From Verrucomicrobiaceae bacterium (GTDB lineage: Bacteria; Verrucomicrobiota; Verrucomicrobiia; Verrucomicrobiales; Akkermansiaceae), in the NCBI GenBank assembly GCA_051252135.1, contig JBPOGH010000007.1:128001-192000 (forward strand): a stretch of 64,000 nt of DNA. Direction: 5' to 3'. Position 1 is the stretch's first letter. Every line of letters begins with the position of its first letter. Made by a program: the position numbers and the translations under genes. The notes beneath the pieces are model-generated. The model saw only the letters and a list, made by a program, of their open reading frames with translations, was not told the DNA's origin and ran no database searches. Positions 20,860 through 30,511 of this stretch are shown piece by piece.

Positions 20860-21869
20860 GAGGGATCACGATTGTCGGGGGAGGCTTGGCCGGGCTGGGT
20901 CTTGGGATCGCGCTTCGCAGGAGAGGTGTCCCGGTATTGATTTTGGAGGCAGGGAGCTATCCTCGGCATAAGGTGTGCGGTGAGTTTGTGAACGGGGTGC
21001 GTCGGGAGACGTTGTCCGCACTGGGAATCGAGGGTATTTTTGAAAGTTGTCTGGAGCACGAATGGACCCGGTGGTGGATTGACGGAAAAGAGGTGATGAG
21101 CCGAAGGATGTCACGGCCGGCTCTCGGGATGTCGAGATGGGAAATGGATGAATTGCTTAGGGAGATGTTCGAAAAGTTGGGGGGGGAGTTGCTGATCAAT
21201 GAGAGGGTGACTCCGGAGGCCCGGGACGGGATGGTTTGGACAGCAGGGCGTCGGTTGAGCAAGGAGAGCGACTGGTTGGGGCTCAAGGTTCACTTTGAGG
21301 GAATGCCACCGATGGATGGGCTGGAGATGCATTTGGGTGACGGAGGTTATGTGGGGTTGACTCCGGTCTCGAGAAGCGGGGAGCGGGTGAATGTTTGCGG
21401 GTTGTTTCGACGTCGCGACTGCCGTGGGCGGGAGATTCTTTTCGATTATTTGCGGAGCTGCCGTCTGGATTCGCTGGCGGAGCGGCTGAAAAAGGGACGA
21501 ATGGATGAGAGTTCGATCACGGGGGTGGTGGGCTTGCAACCGGGGCTGCAGGAGAGGGCTGAAGGGATGTGTTGCCTGGGAGATGCGGATCGGATCATTC
21601 CTCCGTTTACGGGCAATGGGATGTCGATGGCGTTTGAAGCAGCCGAATGTGCCATCGATCCTTTGATGGGCTATGTGGAGGAAACCATTTCGTGGGAAGT
21701 CTGTCGGGCTCGCATTGATTTGGAGCTGGAGCGGCGATTTCGCAGGCGGATGAAGTTGGCAGGAGGTTTGCATCATGTCCTTCTCAATGGAAAGGGGAGG
21801 GGGGCTCTTTCGCTAGCTGCCCGGATGGGGATGCTGCCTTTCGACTGGCTGCACCGGCAATTGACCTAA
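20856..21869 (+). CDS. FAD-dependent oxidoreductase/monooxygenase
   Basis: IVGGGLAG, YPRHKVCGEF, LGDA..IPPFTGNGMSMA; ATGA overlap with the methyltransferase. Confidence 0.88.
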   Translation: MRGITIVGGGLAGLGLGIALRRRGVPVLILEAGSYPRHKVCGEFVNGVRRETLSALGIEGIFESCLEHEWTRWWIDGKEVMSRRMSRPALGMSRWEMDELLREMFEKLGGELLINERVTPEARDGMVWTAGRRLSKESDWLGLKVHFEGMPPMDGLEMHLGDGGYVGLTPVSRSGERVNVCGLFRRRDCRGREILFDYLRSCRLDSLAERLKKGRMDESSITGVVGLQPGLQERAEGMCCLGDADRIIPPFTGNGMSMAFEAAECAIDPLMGYVEETISWEVCRARIDLELERRFRRRMKLAGGLHHVLLNGKGRGALSLAARMGMLPFDWLHRQLT

Positions 21870-22091
21870 GAGGCCGTCTGAAAAATCCAAACGAGTGTTC
21901 TGATTTTTGGGTTTGTAAAAAGTGCGGCTTCGCTGAGGAGGGAGAAATTAAACCCTGGCGGGCTGCAAGTCCTTTCATTACGGTTCGCTCCGCTCGGCTC
22001 TCTGTCGTTGGTGTTTACCAACTCCATCGTCCCGTCTTGCTTGAAGAGAAATGCCTTTGCCGCACTCATTCGGCATTTTTGAGACGGCCAC
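21870..22091. mobile_element. MITE (non-autonomous, IS5-family-like ends), 222 bp
   Basis: Terminal IRs GAGGCCGTCTGAAAAAT / GTGGCCGTCTCAAAAAT (15/17, extendable); TAA direct repeats at 21867-21869 and 22092-22094; no transposase. Confidence 0.8.
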
Positions 22092-22150
22092 TAAGAGATT
22101 GGTGAGATCGCGGGTTGGCAAATCAGGAAATGGCACGAAGGTGGAGGCAA

Positions 22151-23170
22151 ATGTATCTTGAATCCGTTGCGTCCGCTTTTCCCCGGTCCTCTTTTTCCCA
22201 AGCTGAGTGCTACGAGTTCTCATCGAATAGCAAAGAAGTGGCCTCGCTTGATTCGCGATCGAAGGCGCTGGTTCGGAAGGTGCTGTTGGGTGACTCGGGG
22301 ATCGATAAGCGTCATTTTGCGACAGACGATCCCCGAAGTATGTTCGGGGCCTCCGCGCAGGAACTGAGTGAATATTTTGAGAGTGAGGCACCCAAGCTCG
22401 CGGCGGAGGCGTTGGAAAAAGCGTTGGGAAAGAGCGGGATCAACGTTCGGGAGTTGGACGCGCTGATCGTCTGTACCTGCACGGGCTACCTTTGTCCCGG
22501 AGTGACCAGCCATGTGGCCGAAATATTGGGGATGCGGGAAGATGCCCATCTTCAGGATATTGTCGGTTTGGGGTGTGGGGCGGCGATTCCTTCGATGAGA
22601 GCGGTGGAAGGGTTTCTGGCTGCGAATCCGGGAGCCAAAGTGGGATTGGTGGCGGTGGAGATTTGTTCGGCGGCGCTTTTTGTGAATGAGGATCCGGGTG
22701 TTTTAATTAGCATGTGCCTTTTTGGAGATGGGGCGTCGGCGACAATTTGGAGTGACCAGTCGGGGGAGGGGAAGTGGATGGCGGGCCGGTTCCAAACGAT
22801 CCACCTTCCGGAGGAACGCGAGAAAATTCGCTTTGTCAACGGAGGGGGGAAGCTGCAGAACAAGCTGCATCGGGCGGTGCCGGAATTGGCAGCGGAGGCC
22901 GTTGAAAAATTGTGGAAACTTAGGAGTGGAGAGCCTGATCAGGTTCTGAGTCACACCGGGGGAAGGGATGTGATTGATGCCCTGGAGGCCAGGATGGAGT
23001 GGTCCCTTCCGGAGACCCGCAGGGTTCTCAGGGACTATGGAAATTGCAGTAGTCCGTGTGTGTTGTTCGCTCTGGAAGATCGTTTGGATTCGGTGACCGG
23101 CGACTCGCACTATTGGATGACGAGTTTTGGTGCGGGATTTGCAGCGCACTCTTGCGAGATGTGGCGTTGA
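22151..23170 (+). CDS. Type III polyketide synthase (chalcone/stilbene synthase family)
   Basis: CTCTG, catalytic Cys in GLGCGAA, VEICS, FGDGA, His in SHTGG, Asn in YGNCSS, FGAG; GGAGG SD before ATG 22151. Confidence 0.93.
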   Translation: MYLESVASAFPRSSFSQAECYEFSSNSKEVASLDSRSKALVRKVLLGDSGIDKRHFATDDPRSMFGASAQELSEYFESEAPKLAAEALEKALGKSGINVRELDALIVCTCTGYLCPGVTSHVAEILGMREDAHLQDIVGLGCGAAIPSMRAVEGFLAANPGAKVGLVAVEICSAALFVNEDPGVLISMCLFGDGASATIWSDQSGEGKWMAGRFQTIHLPEEREKIRFVNGGGKLQNKLHRAVPELAAEAVEKLWKLRSGEPDQVLSHTGGRDVIDALEARMEWSLPETRRVLRDYGNCSSPCVLFALEDRLDSVTGDSHYWMTSFGAGFAAHSCEMWR

Positions 23171-23204
23171 CACGGGCGGGACGGTGGTGGAGCTTCCCTC
23201 CGTA

Positions 23205-24845
23205 ATGATGAAATCCAATAGCCGGCTTGTGACCGGCATTCTTAGTGGTGTCGTCAGCCTTGCCGCTGTGGCGCAAGAGCCGGCCGCCGATCCCCGGGTG
23301 CAGCCTGTCGAAGAAGCCAAGGTCGTAGAGGCTGTTGAGGCCGATCCGTTCAAGGCTCCTGATGACGTTGCAGCAGCTCCTGAGGATGCGGAAAAGACCG
23401 AGTCCGGTCTGGCATCCAAGGTTCTGCAAAAAGGAACGGGAACGGAAAGTCCGTCTGCCCGTGACACGGTGAAGGTGCACTACACGGGATGGCAATCTTC
23501 TGACGGCAGCATGTTCGACAGTTCGAAGAAGCGTGGTCAGGCAGCGAGTTTTCCTCTCAATCAGGTGATTCCCGGATGGACCGAGGGGCTTCAATTGATG
23601 GTGGTTGGTGAAAGCCGCCGATTCTGGATTCCTGGGAAATTGGCGTATGGGGATACTCCCCAACGTCCCGGTGCGCCTTCCGGTGATCTGGTGTTCGATG
23701 TCGAGTTGCTTGAGATTGTCAAAGCGCCCGAGCCTCCCAAAACCCCTGAGAACCTGACCGCACCTGCTGATGCCCAAAAGACCGATTCCGGTCTTGCGAC
23801 CAAGGTGCTTGTCAAGGGAGAGGGAGATGCAAAGCCGGGGGCCAGCGATATCGTAAAAGTGAATTTTTCGGGATGGCAAGCCGATGGTGAATTTTTGGTT
23901 TCCTCGGCGATGCGCCAGGCGGGTCCTGCGGAGCTGAAATTGGACGAAGTGCCGATTAAGGGGTGGACCGAAGGCATTCAGCTGATGGTGAAGGGGGAGA
24001 AGCGCCGGATGTGGATTCCTGCCGATCTCGCCTTTGGGGCAGAGCCTCCCCAGGGAGCTCCCGGCGGTGATTTGATCTTTGATTTTGAGTTGGTGGACTT
24101 TGAGGAATACGTCGATCCCTATCCTGCGCCAGAAGATGTTGCCGCGGCTCCTGCCGATGCGGAGAAGACCGAGAGCGGGCTTGCGACGAAGGTGCTCACT
24201 CCCGGGGTGGGAGGTGAAAAGCCAGCGCTTCACGACACCGTGACGATCCAATTTACGGGATGGAAGAGCACGGGAGAGTTCGTGGGTGGTAGTGAGGCGC
24301 AAGGACGTCCGCTGGTGACCAAGCTGAAGGATGCGCCTCTGCAGGGATGGGTTGAAGGAATTCAGCTGATGACTGCCGGTGAGGTTCGCCGGATGTGGGT
24401 TCCGGCAGCGCTTGGTTTTAAAGGATCACCTGAGCAGGACGATCTTGTTTTCGACATCAAAGTGATTTCCATCGAAAAGCCACTTCCGGCGCCGGGAGAT
24501 GTGGCGGGTCCTCCGGAGGATGCTGAAAAGACGGCTTCCGGTCTGGCCTCGAAAGTTCTTGAGGCAGGAACCGGTGACAAAAAGCCGACTGCTGATTCAA
24601 AGGTCACGGTGCACTACACCGGTTGGACCACGGACGGTGAAATGTTCGATAGTTCCGCCTTGCGGGGAGAGCCTTCCACCTTCGGGCTTGGGCAGGTTAT
24701 TCCCGGTTGGACGGAAGGGCTCCAACTGATGGTGGAAGGCGAGAAGCGTCGTTTCTGGATTCCTGGAAATCTGGCCTACGACGGTCAGCCCACCCGTCCC
24801 CAGGGGATGTTGGTGTTTGAAGTGGAGTTGATTAAAATCAACTAG
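23205..24845 (+). CDS. Secreted FKBP-type peptidyl-prolyl isomerase with four FKBP domains
   Basis: Signal peptide; four repeats of SGLA.KVL..G.G...VHYTGW...GW.EG.QLM..GE.RR.W.P. Confidence 0.92.
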   Translation: MMKSNSRLVTGILSGVVSLAAVAQEPAADPRVQPVEEAKVVEAVEADPFKAPDDVAAAPEDAEKTESGLASKVLQKGTGTESPSARDTVKVHYTGWQSSDGSMFDSSKKRGQAASFPLNQVIPGWTEGLQLMVVGESRRFWIPGKLAYGDTPQRPGAPSGDLVFDVELLEIVKAPEPPKTPENLTAPADAQKTDSGLATKVLVKGEGDAKPGASDIVKVNFSGWQADGEFLVSSAMRQAGPAELKLDEVPIKGWTEGIQLMVKGEKRRMWIPADLAFGAEPPQGAPGGDLIFDFELVDFEEYVDPYPAPEDVAAAPADAEKTESGLATKVLTPGVGGEKPALHDTVTIQFTGWKSTGEFVGGSEAQGRPLVTKLKDAPLQGWVEGIQLMTAGEVRRMWVPAALGFKGSPEQDDLVFDIKVISIEKPLPAPGDVAGPPEDAEKTASGLASKVLEAGTGDKKPTADSKVTVHYTGWTTDGEMFDSSALRGEPSTFGLGQVIPGWTEGLQLMVEGEKRRFWIPGNLAYDGQPTRPQGMLVFEVELIKIN

Positions 24846-24870
24846 TCTTTCCACCTGATTCTTATCATCA

Positions 24871-24905
24871 ATCGGCCCGCCAGTTCGCTGTCGGGCCGAT
24901 TTCTT
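24871..24905 (+). terminator. Probable terminator hairpin between FKBP genes
   Basis: ATCGGCCCGCCAG-TTCG-CTGTCGGGCCGAT-TTCTT. Confidence 0.6.
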
Positions 24906-24942
24906 GTTGGTCTTTTGTGTATAACCCTCTAGGGACAAGCCC

Positions 24943-26106
24943 GTGAGTGATCAACTGACTGCCCCCGCCGATGTTTCCGCAGCTCCTGCTGATGCCGATA
25001 CCACTTCGTCCGGCCTTGCTTCCAAGGTGTTACAGGAGGGATCGGGTTCCGAGAATCCTACTGCCCGCGACACGGTAAAAGTCCATTACACGGGATGGCA
25101 GTCTTCCGATGGCAAGATGTTTGACAGCTCCGTAGCGCGTGGAGAGCAAATTTCCTTTCCGCTCAATCAGGTGATTCCTGGTTGGACCGAGGGAGTGCAG
25201 TTGATGGTGGTGGGGGAAAAGCGGCGTTTTTGGATTCCGGCCGAGCTAGCTTATGGAGAAGTGCCATCCCGTCCCGGAGCTCCTTCCGGTGATTTGGTTT
25301 TTGATGTGGAGCTTTTTGATATCGAGAGGGCTCCCGAGCTTCCCGAAACACCGGTTGATGTGTCTTCGGCACCGGATGATGCCATCACGAGTGAATCGGG
25401 GTTGTCCTCCAAGGTTTTAGCCGAAGGAGATGGCTCTGAAAGTCCGGGGCCTGAGGATGTGGTGAAGGTGCACTTCAGCGGATGGACTTCATCCGGGGAT
25501 TTTCTTGATAGCACGGTGCTTCACGATGGCCCTGCCCAGTTCAAGCTTGATCAGGTTTCGATCAAGGGATGGGTGGAGGGATTGCAGCTGATGACCTGTG
25601 GGGAGAAGCGGCGTTTGTGGATTCCGGCGGCTCTGGGATTTGGTGAAGGTGGTCCCGCCGGGGCGCCGAAGGGTGATTTGGTTTTCGATTTTGAACTTCT
25701 GGAGTTTCAGGAAGCGCCGAAGCGTCCGGAGCCCATTCCGGCTCCAAGCGATGTGGCGGCAGCGCCCGAGGACGCGCAAAAGACTGATAGCGGCCTATTC
25801 TCGAAAGTGCTCAAAGAGGGCAGTGGAAGCGAGCATCCGCAAGCGAGCGACGAAGTGCTGGTGCACTACACCGGATGGACAACGGAAGGGGAGATGTTTG
25901 ATAGTTCGGTGGTGAGAGGTGAGCCGATTTCCTTCCCGCTCAGAGGAGTGATTGCCGGATGGACCGAGGGGGTTCAGCTGATGGTGGAGGGAGAAACGAG
26001 ACGATTTTGGATTCCGGGCAATCTGGCCTATGGAGAGACGCCAAGCCGCCCCGGGGCACCGTGCGGAATGCTGGTGTTTGATGTTGAGTTGATTAAAATC
26101 GGCTAG
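24943..26106 (+). CDS. FKBP-type PPIase with three FKBP domains, no signal peptide
   Basis: Three FKBP repeats, close paralog of the upstream gene. Confidence 0.92.
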   Translation: MSDQLTAPADVSAAPADADTTSSGLASKVLQEGSGSENPTARDTVKVHYTGWQSSDGKMFDSSVARGEQISFPLNQVIPGWTEGVQLMVVGEKRRFWIPAELAYGEVPSRPGAPSGDLVFDVELFDIERAPELPETPVDVSSAPDDAITSESGLSSKVLAEGDGSESPGPEDVVKVHFSGWTSSGDFLDSTVLHDGPAQFKLDQVSIKGWVEGLQLMTCGEKRRLWIPAALGFGEGGPAGAPKGDLVFDFELLEFQEAPKRPEPIPAPSDVAAAPEDAQKTDSGLFSKVLKEGSGSEHPQASDEVLVHYTGWTTEGEMFDSSVVRGEPISFPLRGVIAGWTEGVQLMVEGETRRFWIPGNLAYGETPSRPGAPCGMLVFDVELIKIG

Positions 26107-26150
26107 ATTTTTTCATGCGCAGTTGAATTCCGTTCCGGTCCGTTCATCCT

Positions 26151-27125
26151 ATGGCGGTGCTTGATGTTGCATGGATCGTTTTAGGCCTGGTGCTGCTCTA
26201 TTATGGGGCGGAATGGCTGGTGGCCGGAGCGGCGGAGCTGGCGGTGAGATTGGGGATTACCCCTTTGGTGGTTGGGCTCACGGTGGTGGCTTTTGGGACG
26301 AGTGCTCCGGAGCTCGCGGTGAGTATTGATTCGAATTTGAAGGGCAGCGCGGGGATGGCGGTGGGCACGGTGCTGGGGTCCAATATTTGTAATCTTTGTT
26401 TGGTGTTGGGAGTGGCGGCGTTGGTCTGGCCGCTCGCGATCCAGCGACAGGTGATCCGTCGTGAGATGCCGATCCTTTTGGTGGTGTCGGTGATTTTCGC
26501 CTGGTTCCTTCGAGATGCGCGCATTGCGCAATGGGAGGCCGGGATTCTGGCGGTGGGGATTGTGGGATATGTCTGGGCCAGCCTGCGTCAGGCGAGGAAT
26601 GAGCCGTCATCGGTCATTGTGGACGATGTTCCCGAGGAGTTGATCGAGGGAGCCAAGGAAGGTGGAGCGGGGCGGGTGGTGCGCGATATTCTTTTAGTGG
26701 TTGTGGGTATTGGGGTTCTTGTCGGCGGGGCGAAGCTGATGGTGTTTGGTGGGGGGAATTTGGCGCGGGCCTTTGGGGTGTCGGAGTCGGTGATCGGGCT
26801 GACCTTGTTTGCCTTCGGGACTTCGTTGCCCGAGCTGGCGACTTCGGTTGTGGCGGCGCTGAAGAAGCAGGGGGATATCATTGTGGGGAATGCGGTTGGT
26901 TCCTGCATTTTTAACATTTTGGCGGTGATCGGGTTTACCGGAGTGATCGCTCCGATGGAGGCGAGAGGCATCACGACGGTGGATATCGCGGTGATGCTGC
27001 TTGCGGCCTTTTTGATCACGCCGATGATGTGGCACCAGTTCCGGCTTAATCGCTGGGAGGGAGCCCTGCTTGTGATGGGTTATTTCGGATATACCGGATA
27101 CCTGGTGGTCAAGCAGATGGGCTGA
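26151..27125 (+). CDS. Calcium/sodium antiporter (YrbG family)
   Basis: Two alpha-repeats GTSAPE...GSNICN and GTSLPE...GSCIFN. Confidence 0.92.
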   Translation: MAVLDVAWIVLGLVLLYYGAEWLVAGAAELAVRLGITPLVVGLTVVAFGTSAPELAVSIDSNLKGSAGMAVGTVLGSNICNLCLVLGVAALVWPLAIQRQVIRREMPILLVVSVIFAWFLRDARIAQWEAGILAVGIVGYVWASLRQARNEPSSVIVDDVPEELIEGAKEGGAGRVVRDILLVVVGIGVLVGGAKLMVFGGGNLARAFGVSESVIGLTLFAFGTSLPELATSVVAALKKQGDIIVGNAVGSCIFNILAVIGFTGVIAPMEARGITTVDIAVMLLAAFLITPMMWHQFRLNRWEGALLVMGYFGYTGYLVVKQMG

Positions 27126-27207
27126 CGCGGGCCGGAGTGAGTCGTCTCTGTCATTGGCGATTTCCTAGGGACTTGCCGGATAGGATTCCTTGGTGTGGAC
27201 TTCCGGG

Positions 27208-28203
27208 GTGGAAGCTCTTCTTGCCAGTTACGTTCATGATTTGTCGCCGACGATCATTGAGTTCACCGACACCATCAAGTTGCGCTGGTATGGATTGGCT
27301 TATGTAGCGGGGTTTTTGGTAGCTTATTGGATTTTACTGAGGCTCTCCCGGCGGAAGCTGTGGGTGGTGCCCGAGGACAAGGTGGCTGATGTGGTGACTT
27401 ACTGTGCCTTTTTCGGGGTTTTTCTTGGGGGGCGACTGGGATACGTGTTTTTCTACATGATCCCGGAGAAGGGGTGGGGATACCTGATGGACGATCCGAT
27501 GGCGGTTCTGCGGGTGTGGGACGGGGGGATGGCTTCGCATGGCGGGATATTGGGGATTATGTTTTACCTCCTTTATTATGCGTGGAAGAACAAGGTATCG
27601 TGGCCGGGATTGGGTGACGGGTTATGCATCGTTGCTCCGTTGGGGGTGTTCTTTGGTCGGGTGGCGAACTTCATCAATGGGGAGCTTTATGGGACCAGGA
27701 CGAATGGGGACGCGTGGTATGGGGTGAAATTTCCGGCCTCGCTTTGGGAGGACCGCGATCAATTGCAGTATGCGATGAATGAGGCGTCGTTTGTGAACGA
27801 TGAGGTGGCTTCAATGATGGCGCAGTCAGATCAGATCACTCCCGGGATTTTTAATCGGGTGGTGGAGATTTCCCGGGAGGATCCACAGGTCCTGGAGGCA
27901 TTGGGTAATCACATTGATGCGAGGCATCCCTCACAGCTCTATGAGGGATTTTTGGAGGGATTGTTGATCTTTGTGGTGCTTTATGGAATCCGGGTGGCGT
28001 TTCCGAGATTGGCCCATGGGGTGATCACGGGTCTCTTTTTTGTGATTTATGGCGCGTTCCGGATTTTGGTGGAAAACGTGCGAGAGCCGGATTCCGAGAT
28101 GATCGGGGCTCTGACGAAGGGGCAGTTTTACTCGGTCTTCATGTTGCTCATTGGAGCGGGATTTTTGATTTGGGGATGGCGTCAGGGACGGAAGGCGGTA
28201 TGA
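27208..28203 (+). CDS. lgt: Prolipoprotein diacylglyceryl transferase
   Basis: LRWYGLAY, GGRLGY, GGMASHGG, GRVANFINGELYG, RHPSQLYE; start uncertain (27190 or 27208). Confidence 0.95.
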   Translation: MEALLASYVHDLSPTIIEFTDTIKLRWYGLAYVAGFLVAYWILLRLSRRKLWVVPEDKVADVVTYCAFFGVFLGGRLGYVFFYMIPEKGWGYLMDDPMAVLRVWDGGMASHGGILGIMFYLLYYAWKNKVSWPGLGDGLCIVAPLGVFFGRVANFINGELYGTRTNGDAWYGVKFPASLWEDRDQLQYAMNEASFVNDEVASMMAQSDQITPGIFNRVVEISREDPQVLEALGNHIDARHPSQLYEGFLEGLLIFVVLYGIRVAFPRLAHGVITGLFFVIYGAFRILVENVREPDSEMIGALTKGQFYSVFMLLIGAGFLIWGWRQGRKAV

Positions 28204-28249
28204 GGTAAGGATTGCAGGGAAGCGAGATGTCTGTTAGGCAGCGCGCCGC

Positions 28250-29197
28250 ATGCAGAGAGAAGTGAGAAAGGAAGTGCGCGTCTTCGCACCCGCTACGGTG
28301 GCAAATGTAGCCTGTGGTTATGACGTGCTGGGATTCGCGATCGATGCTCCCGGGGACGAGGTGGTGGCACGGCACTCGGACAAGCCGGGGCTGCGAATCA
28401 CCAAGATCACGGGGGACGACGGGAAACTTCCTCTTGATGCCGAAAAGAACACTGCGGGAGTGGCGGCGCTCGATTTGCTGAAGCATCTGGGCATGTTGGA
28501 TCGGGGGATCGAGCTTGAGATTCACAAGAAGATGCCTTTTGGGAGCGGTCTTGGATCGAGTGCGGCGAGTGCGGTGGCGGGTGCCTTTGCGGTGAATTAC
28601 CTGATAGGTGAGCCATTGACGAAGAAGCAGCTTCTCCCCTTTGCGATGACGGGAGAGGCGAGTGCGGATGGGGCGTGGCACGCGGACAATGTGGGTCCGT
28701 GCCTTTTGGGTGGAATCATTTTCATCAGAGACAATGAGGAGCTGGATATTGCCGAGCTCCCTGTTCCGGAAAATCTATGGGCGGCGGTGGTGCATCCGGA
28801 TATTGAAATTTTGACCAAGGTGGCGCGGGGGATTCTTCCGACGGAAGTGCCTTTGGCGAACGTGACGCAGCAGATCGGAAACCTGGGAGGTTTGATCTGC
28901 GGGCTGATTCAGGAGGACTACGGTTTGATCAGTCGTTCGGTGCATGATGTGATCGCGGAGCCACGGAGACAAAAGCTGATTCCCGATTTTTACAAGGCGA
29001 AGCGGGCGGCACTGGGTGCGGGGGCGCTTGGGTTTAGTATTTCCGGTGCGGGTCCCAGTGTCTTTGCGTTGTGCGAGGGTGAGGAGTCGGCTAAGAAGGT
29101 GGGAGATGCTGTTTCAGCGATTTTCACGAAAGCCAATCTGGAGAACCAACTCTATGTGTCGCGGGTGAATTGCGAGGGAGTCAAAGTGATTGGATAA
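28250..29197 (+). CDS. thrB: Homoserine kinase
   Basis: APATVAN..CGYDVLG, PFGSGLGSSAAS, HADN, ISGAGPS. Confidence 0.94.
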   Translation: MQREVRKEVRVFAPATVANVACGYDVLGFAIDAPGDEVVARHSDKPGLRITKITGDDGKLPLDAEKNTAGVAALDLLKHLGMLDRGIELEIHKKMPFGSGLGSSAASAVAGAFAVNYLIGEPLTKKQLLPFAMTGEASADGAWHADNVGPCLLGGIIFIRDNEELDIAELPVPENLWAAVVHPDIEILTKVARGILPTEVPLANVTQQIGNLGGLICGLIQEDYGLISRSVHDVIAEPRRQKLIPDFYKAKRAALGAGALGFSISGAGPSVFALCEGEESAKKVGDAVSAIFTKANLENQLYVSRVNCEGVKVIG

Positions 29198-29198
29198 G

Positions 29199-30506
29199 AT
29201 GAGCCAGCGATTTTATAGCACCAAGAGTCCCGGGAAGTTTGTGGATGTGAAGGAGGCGGTTCTACGCTCGCTTCCGGCTGATAACGGACTTTATATGCCG
29301 GAACATCTGGAGCCTCTCGGTGAGGATTTCTGGCAGGAATGGCGCGAGCTTGATTTTTCCGAGATGAGCTTTCGGGTGGCCCGGCAAATCTTCAGGGATT
29401 CGGTGCCGGAAGCGGAACTCCGTAGGATTGTGGAGGAGACTTTGAGTTTTCCGGCTCCGCTGGTGAGTGTGAGCGGGCAAGAGCATGTTCTGGAGCTGTT
29501 TCACGGGCCGACTCTGGCGTTTAAGGATTTTGGGGCGCGGTTTATGGCCCGGTTGATGGGGTGGTTGACGCGGGATGATGAGGGCATTCTGACGGTGCTG
29601 GTGGCTACCAGCGGAGATACCGGAGGGGCGGTGGCGAGCGCGTTCCACAATGTCCCCGGGACACGGGTGGTGATTCTTTATCCCAAGGGGAAGGTGAGCG
29701 GCTTGCAGGAGAAGCAACTGACGACTTTGGGAGGAAATATTACGGCGCTGGAGATTGAGGGGACTTTTGACGACTGCCAGCGGTTGGTGAAGTCGGCATT
29801 TCTTGATCGTGAGATGTCACAAAGGATGAATCTCACCTCGGCCAATTCGATCAACATTTCGAGGTTGGTTCCCCAGAGTTTTTACTATTTTGAATCGGCC
29901 CGCTCATTGGAGCCGGGAATCGAGCCGGTATTTGTGGTGCCGAGCGGAAACTTTGGGAATCTGACGGCAGGGTTGTTGGCCGAGAAGCTGGGTCTTCCGG
30001 TGAAGTATTTTGTAGCGGCAACGAACATTAATGATGTGGTGCCGTCGTATCTGAAGAGCGGGAGCTACGAGCCCCGTGCGAGCGTGGCGACGATTTCCAA
30101 TGCGATGGATGTGGGAGCCCCGAGTAATTTTGCCCGGATGCAGAGCATCTTTGGTGATCAATGGGAGTCGATGAAGTCCCGGATCGAAGGATACGCCTTT
30201 GATGACGAGGTGACCCGCGAGACGATTCGGCGGGTTCAACAGGATACGGGCTATATTTTGGAACCGCACGGCGCGGTTGGCTGGCTGGCTTCTGAGGCCT
30301 GGCGAGCGTCTCATCCGGATGATCATACGATCATTTTGGAGACCGCCCATCCATCGAAGTTTCTCGATGTCATGGAGGAGGAGTTGGGCGAGGGGAGTGT
30401 GGAGATTCCCGAGCGGTTGGGCTGTCTTGCGGATCGCGAGAAAATGGCAACGACGATGGCTCCCGATGAGGGAGATTTCCACCGCTGGTTGGGGGACTTT
30501 GCCTAA
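29199..30506 (+). CDS. thrC: Threonine synthase
   Basis: LELFHGPTLAFKDFG, ATSGDTGG, SANSINI.R, VPSGNFGN, ETAHP.KF. Confidence 0.96.
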   Translation: MSQRFYSTKSPGKFVDVKEAVLRSLPADNGLYMPEHLEPLGEDFWQEWRELDFSEMSFRVARQIFRDSVPEAELRRIVEETLSFPAPLVSVSGQEHVLELFHGPTLAFKDFGARFMARLMGWLTRDDEGILTVLVATSGDTGGAVASAFHNVPGTRVVILYPKGKVSGLQEKQLTTLGGNITALEIEGTFDDCQRLVKSAFLDREMSQRMNLTSANSINISRLVPQSFYYFESARSLEPGIEPVFVVPSGNFGNLTAGLLAEKLGLPVKYFVAATNINDVVPSYLKSGSYEPRASVATISNAMDVGAPSNFARMQSIFGDQWESMKSRIEGYAFDDEVTRETIRRVQQDTGYILEPHGAVGWLASEAWRASHPDDHTIILETAHPSKFLDVMEEELGEGSVEIPERLGCLADREKMATTMAPDEGDFHRWLGDFA

Positions 30507-30511
30507 GGCGG

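Noticed and set aside
22131..22146. TGGCACG sigma54 -24 box before the PKS
   Set aside because: The -12 position reads GA rather than GC, overlaps the SD and is too close to the ATG; left uncalled
23028..24302. 424-aa ORF antisense to the FKBP gene
   Set aside because: Shadow ORF; its repeats merely mirror the FKBP repeats
23300..26100. Long direct DNA repeats considered as CRISPR or mobile repeats
   Set aside because: They are in-frame FKBP domain duplications; no repeat-spacer periodicity and no cas genes
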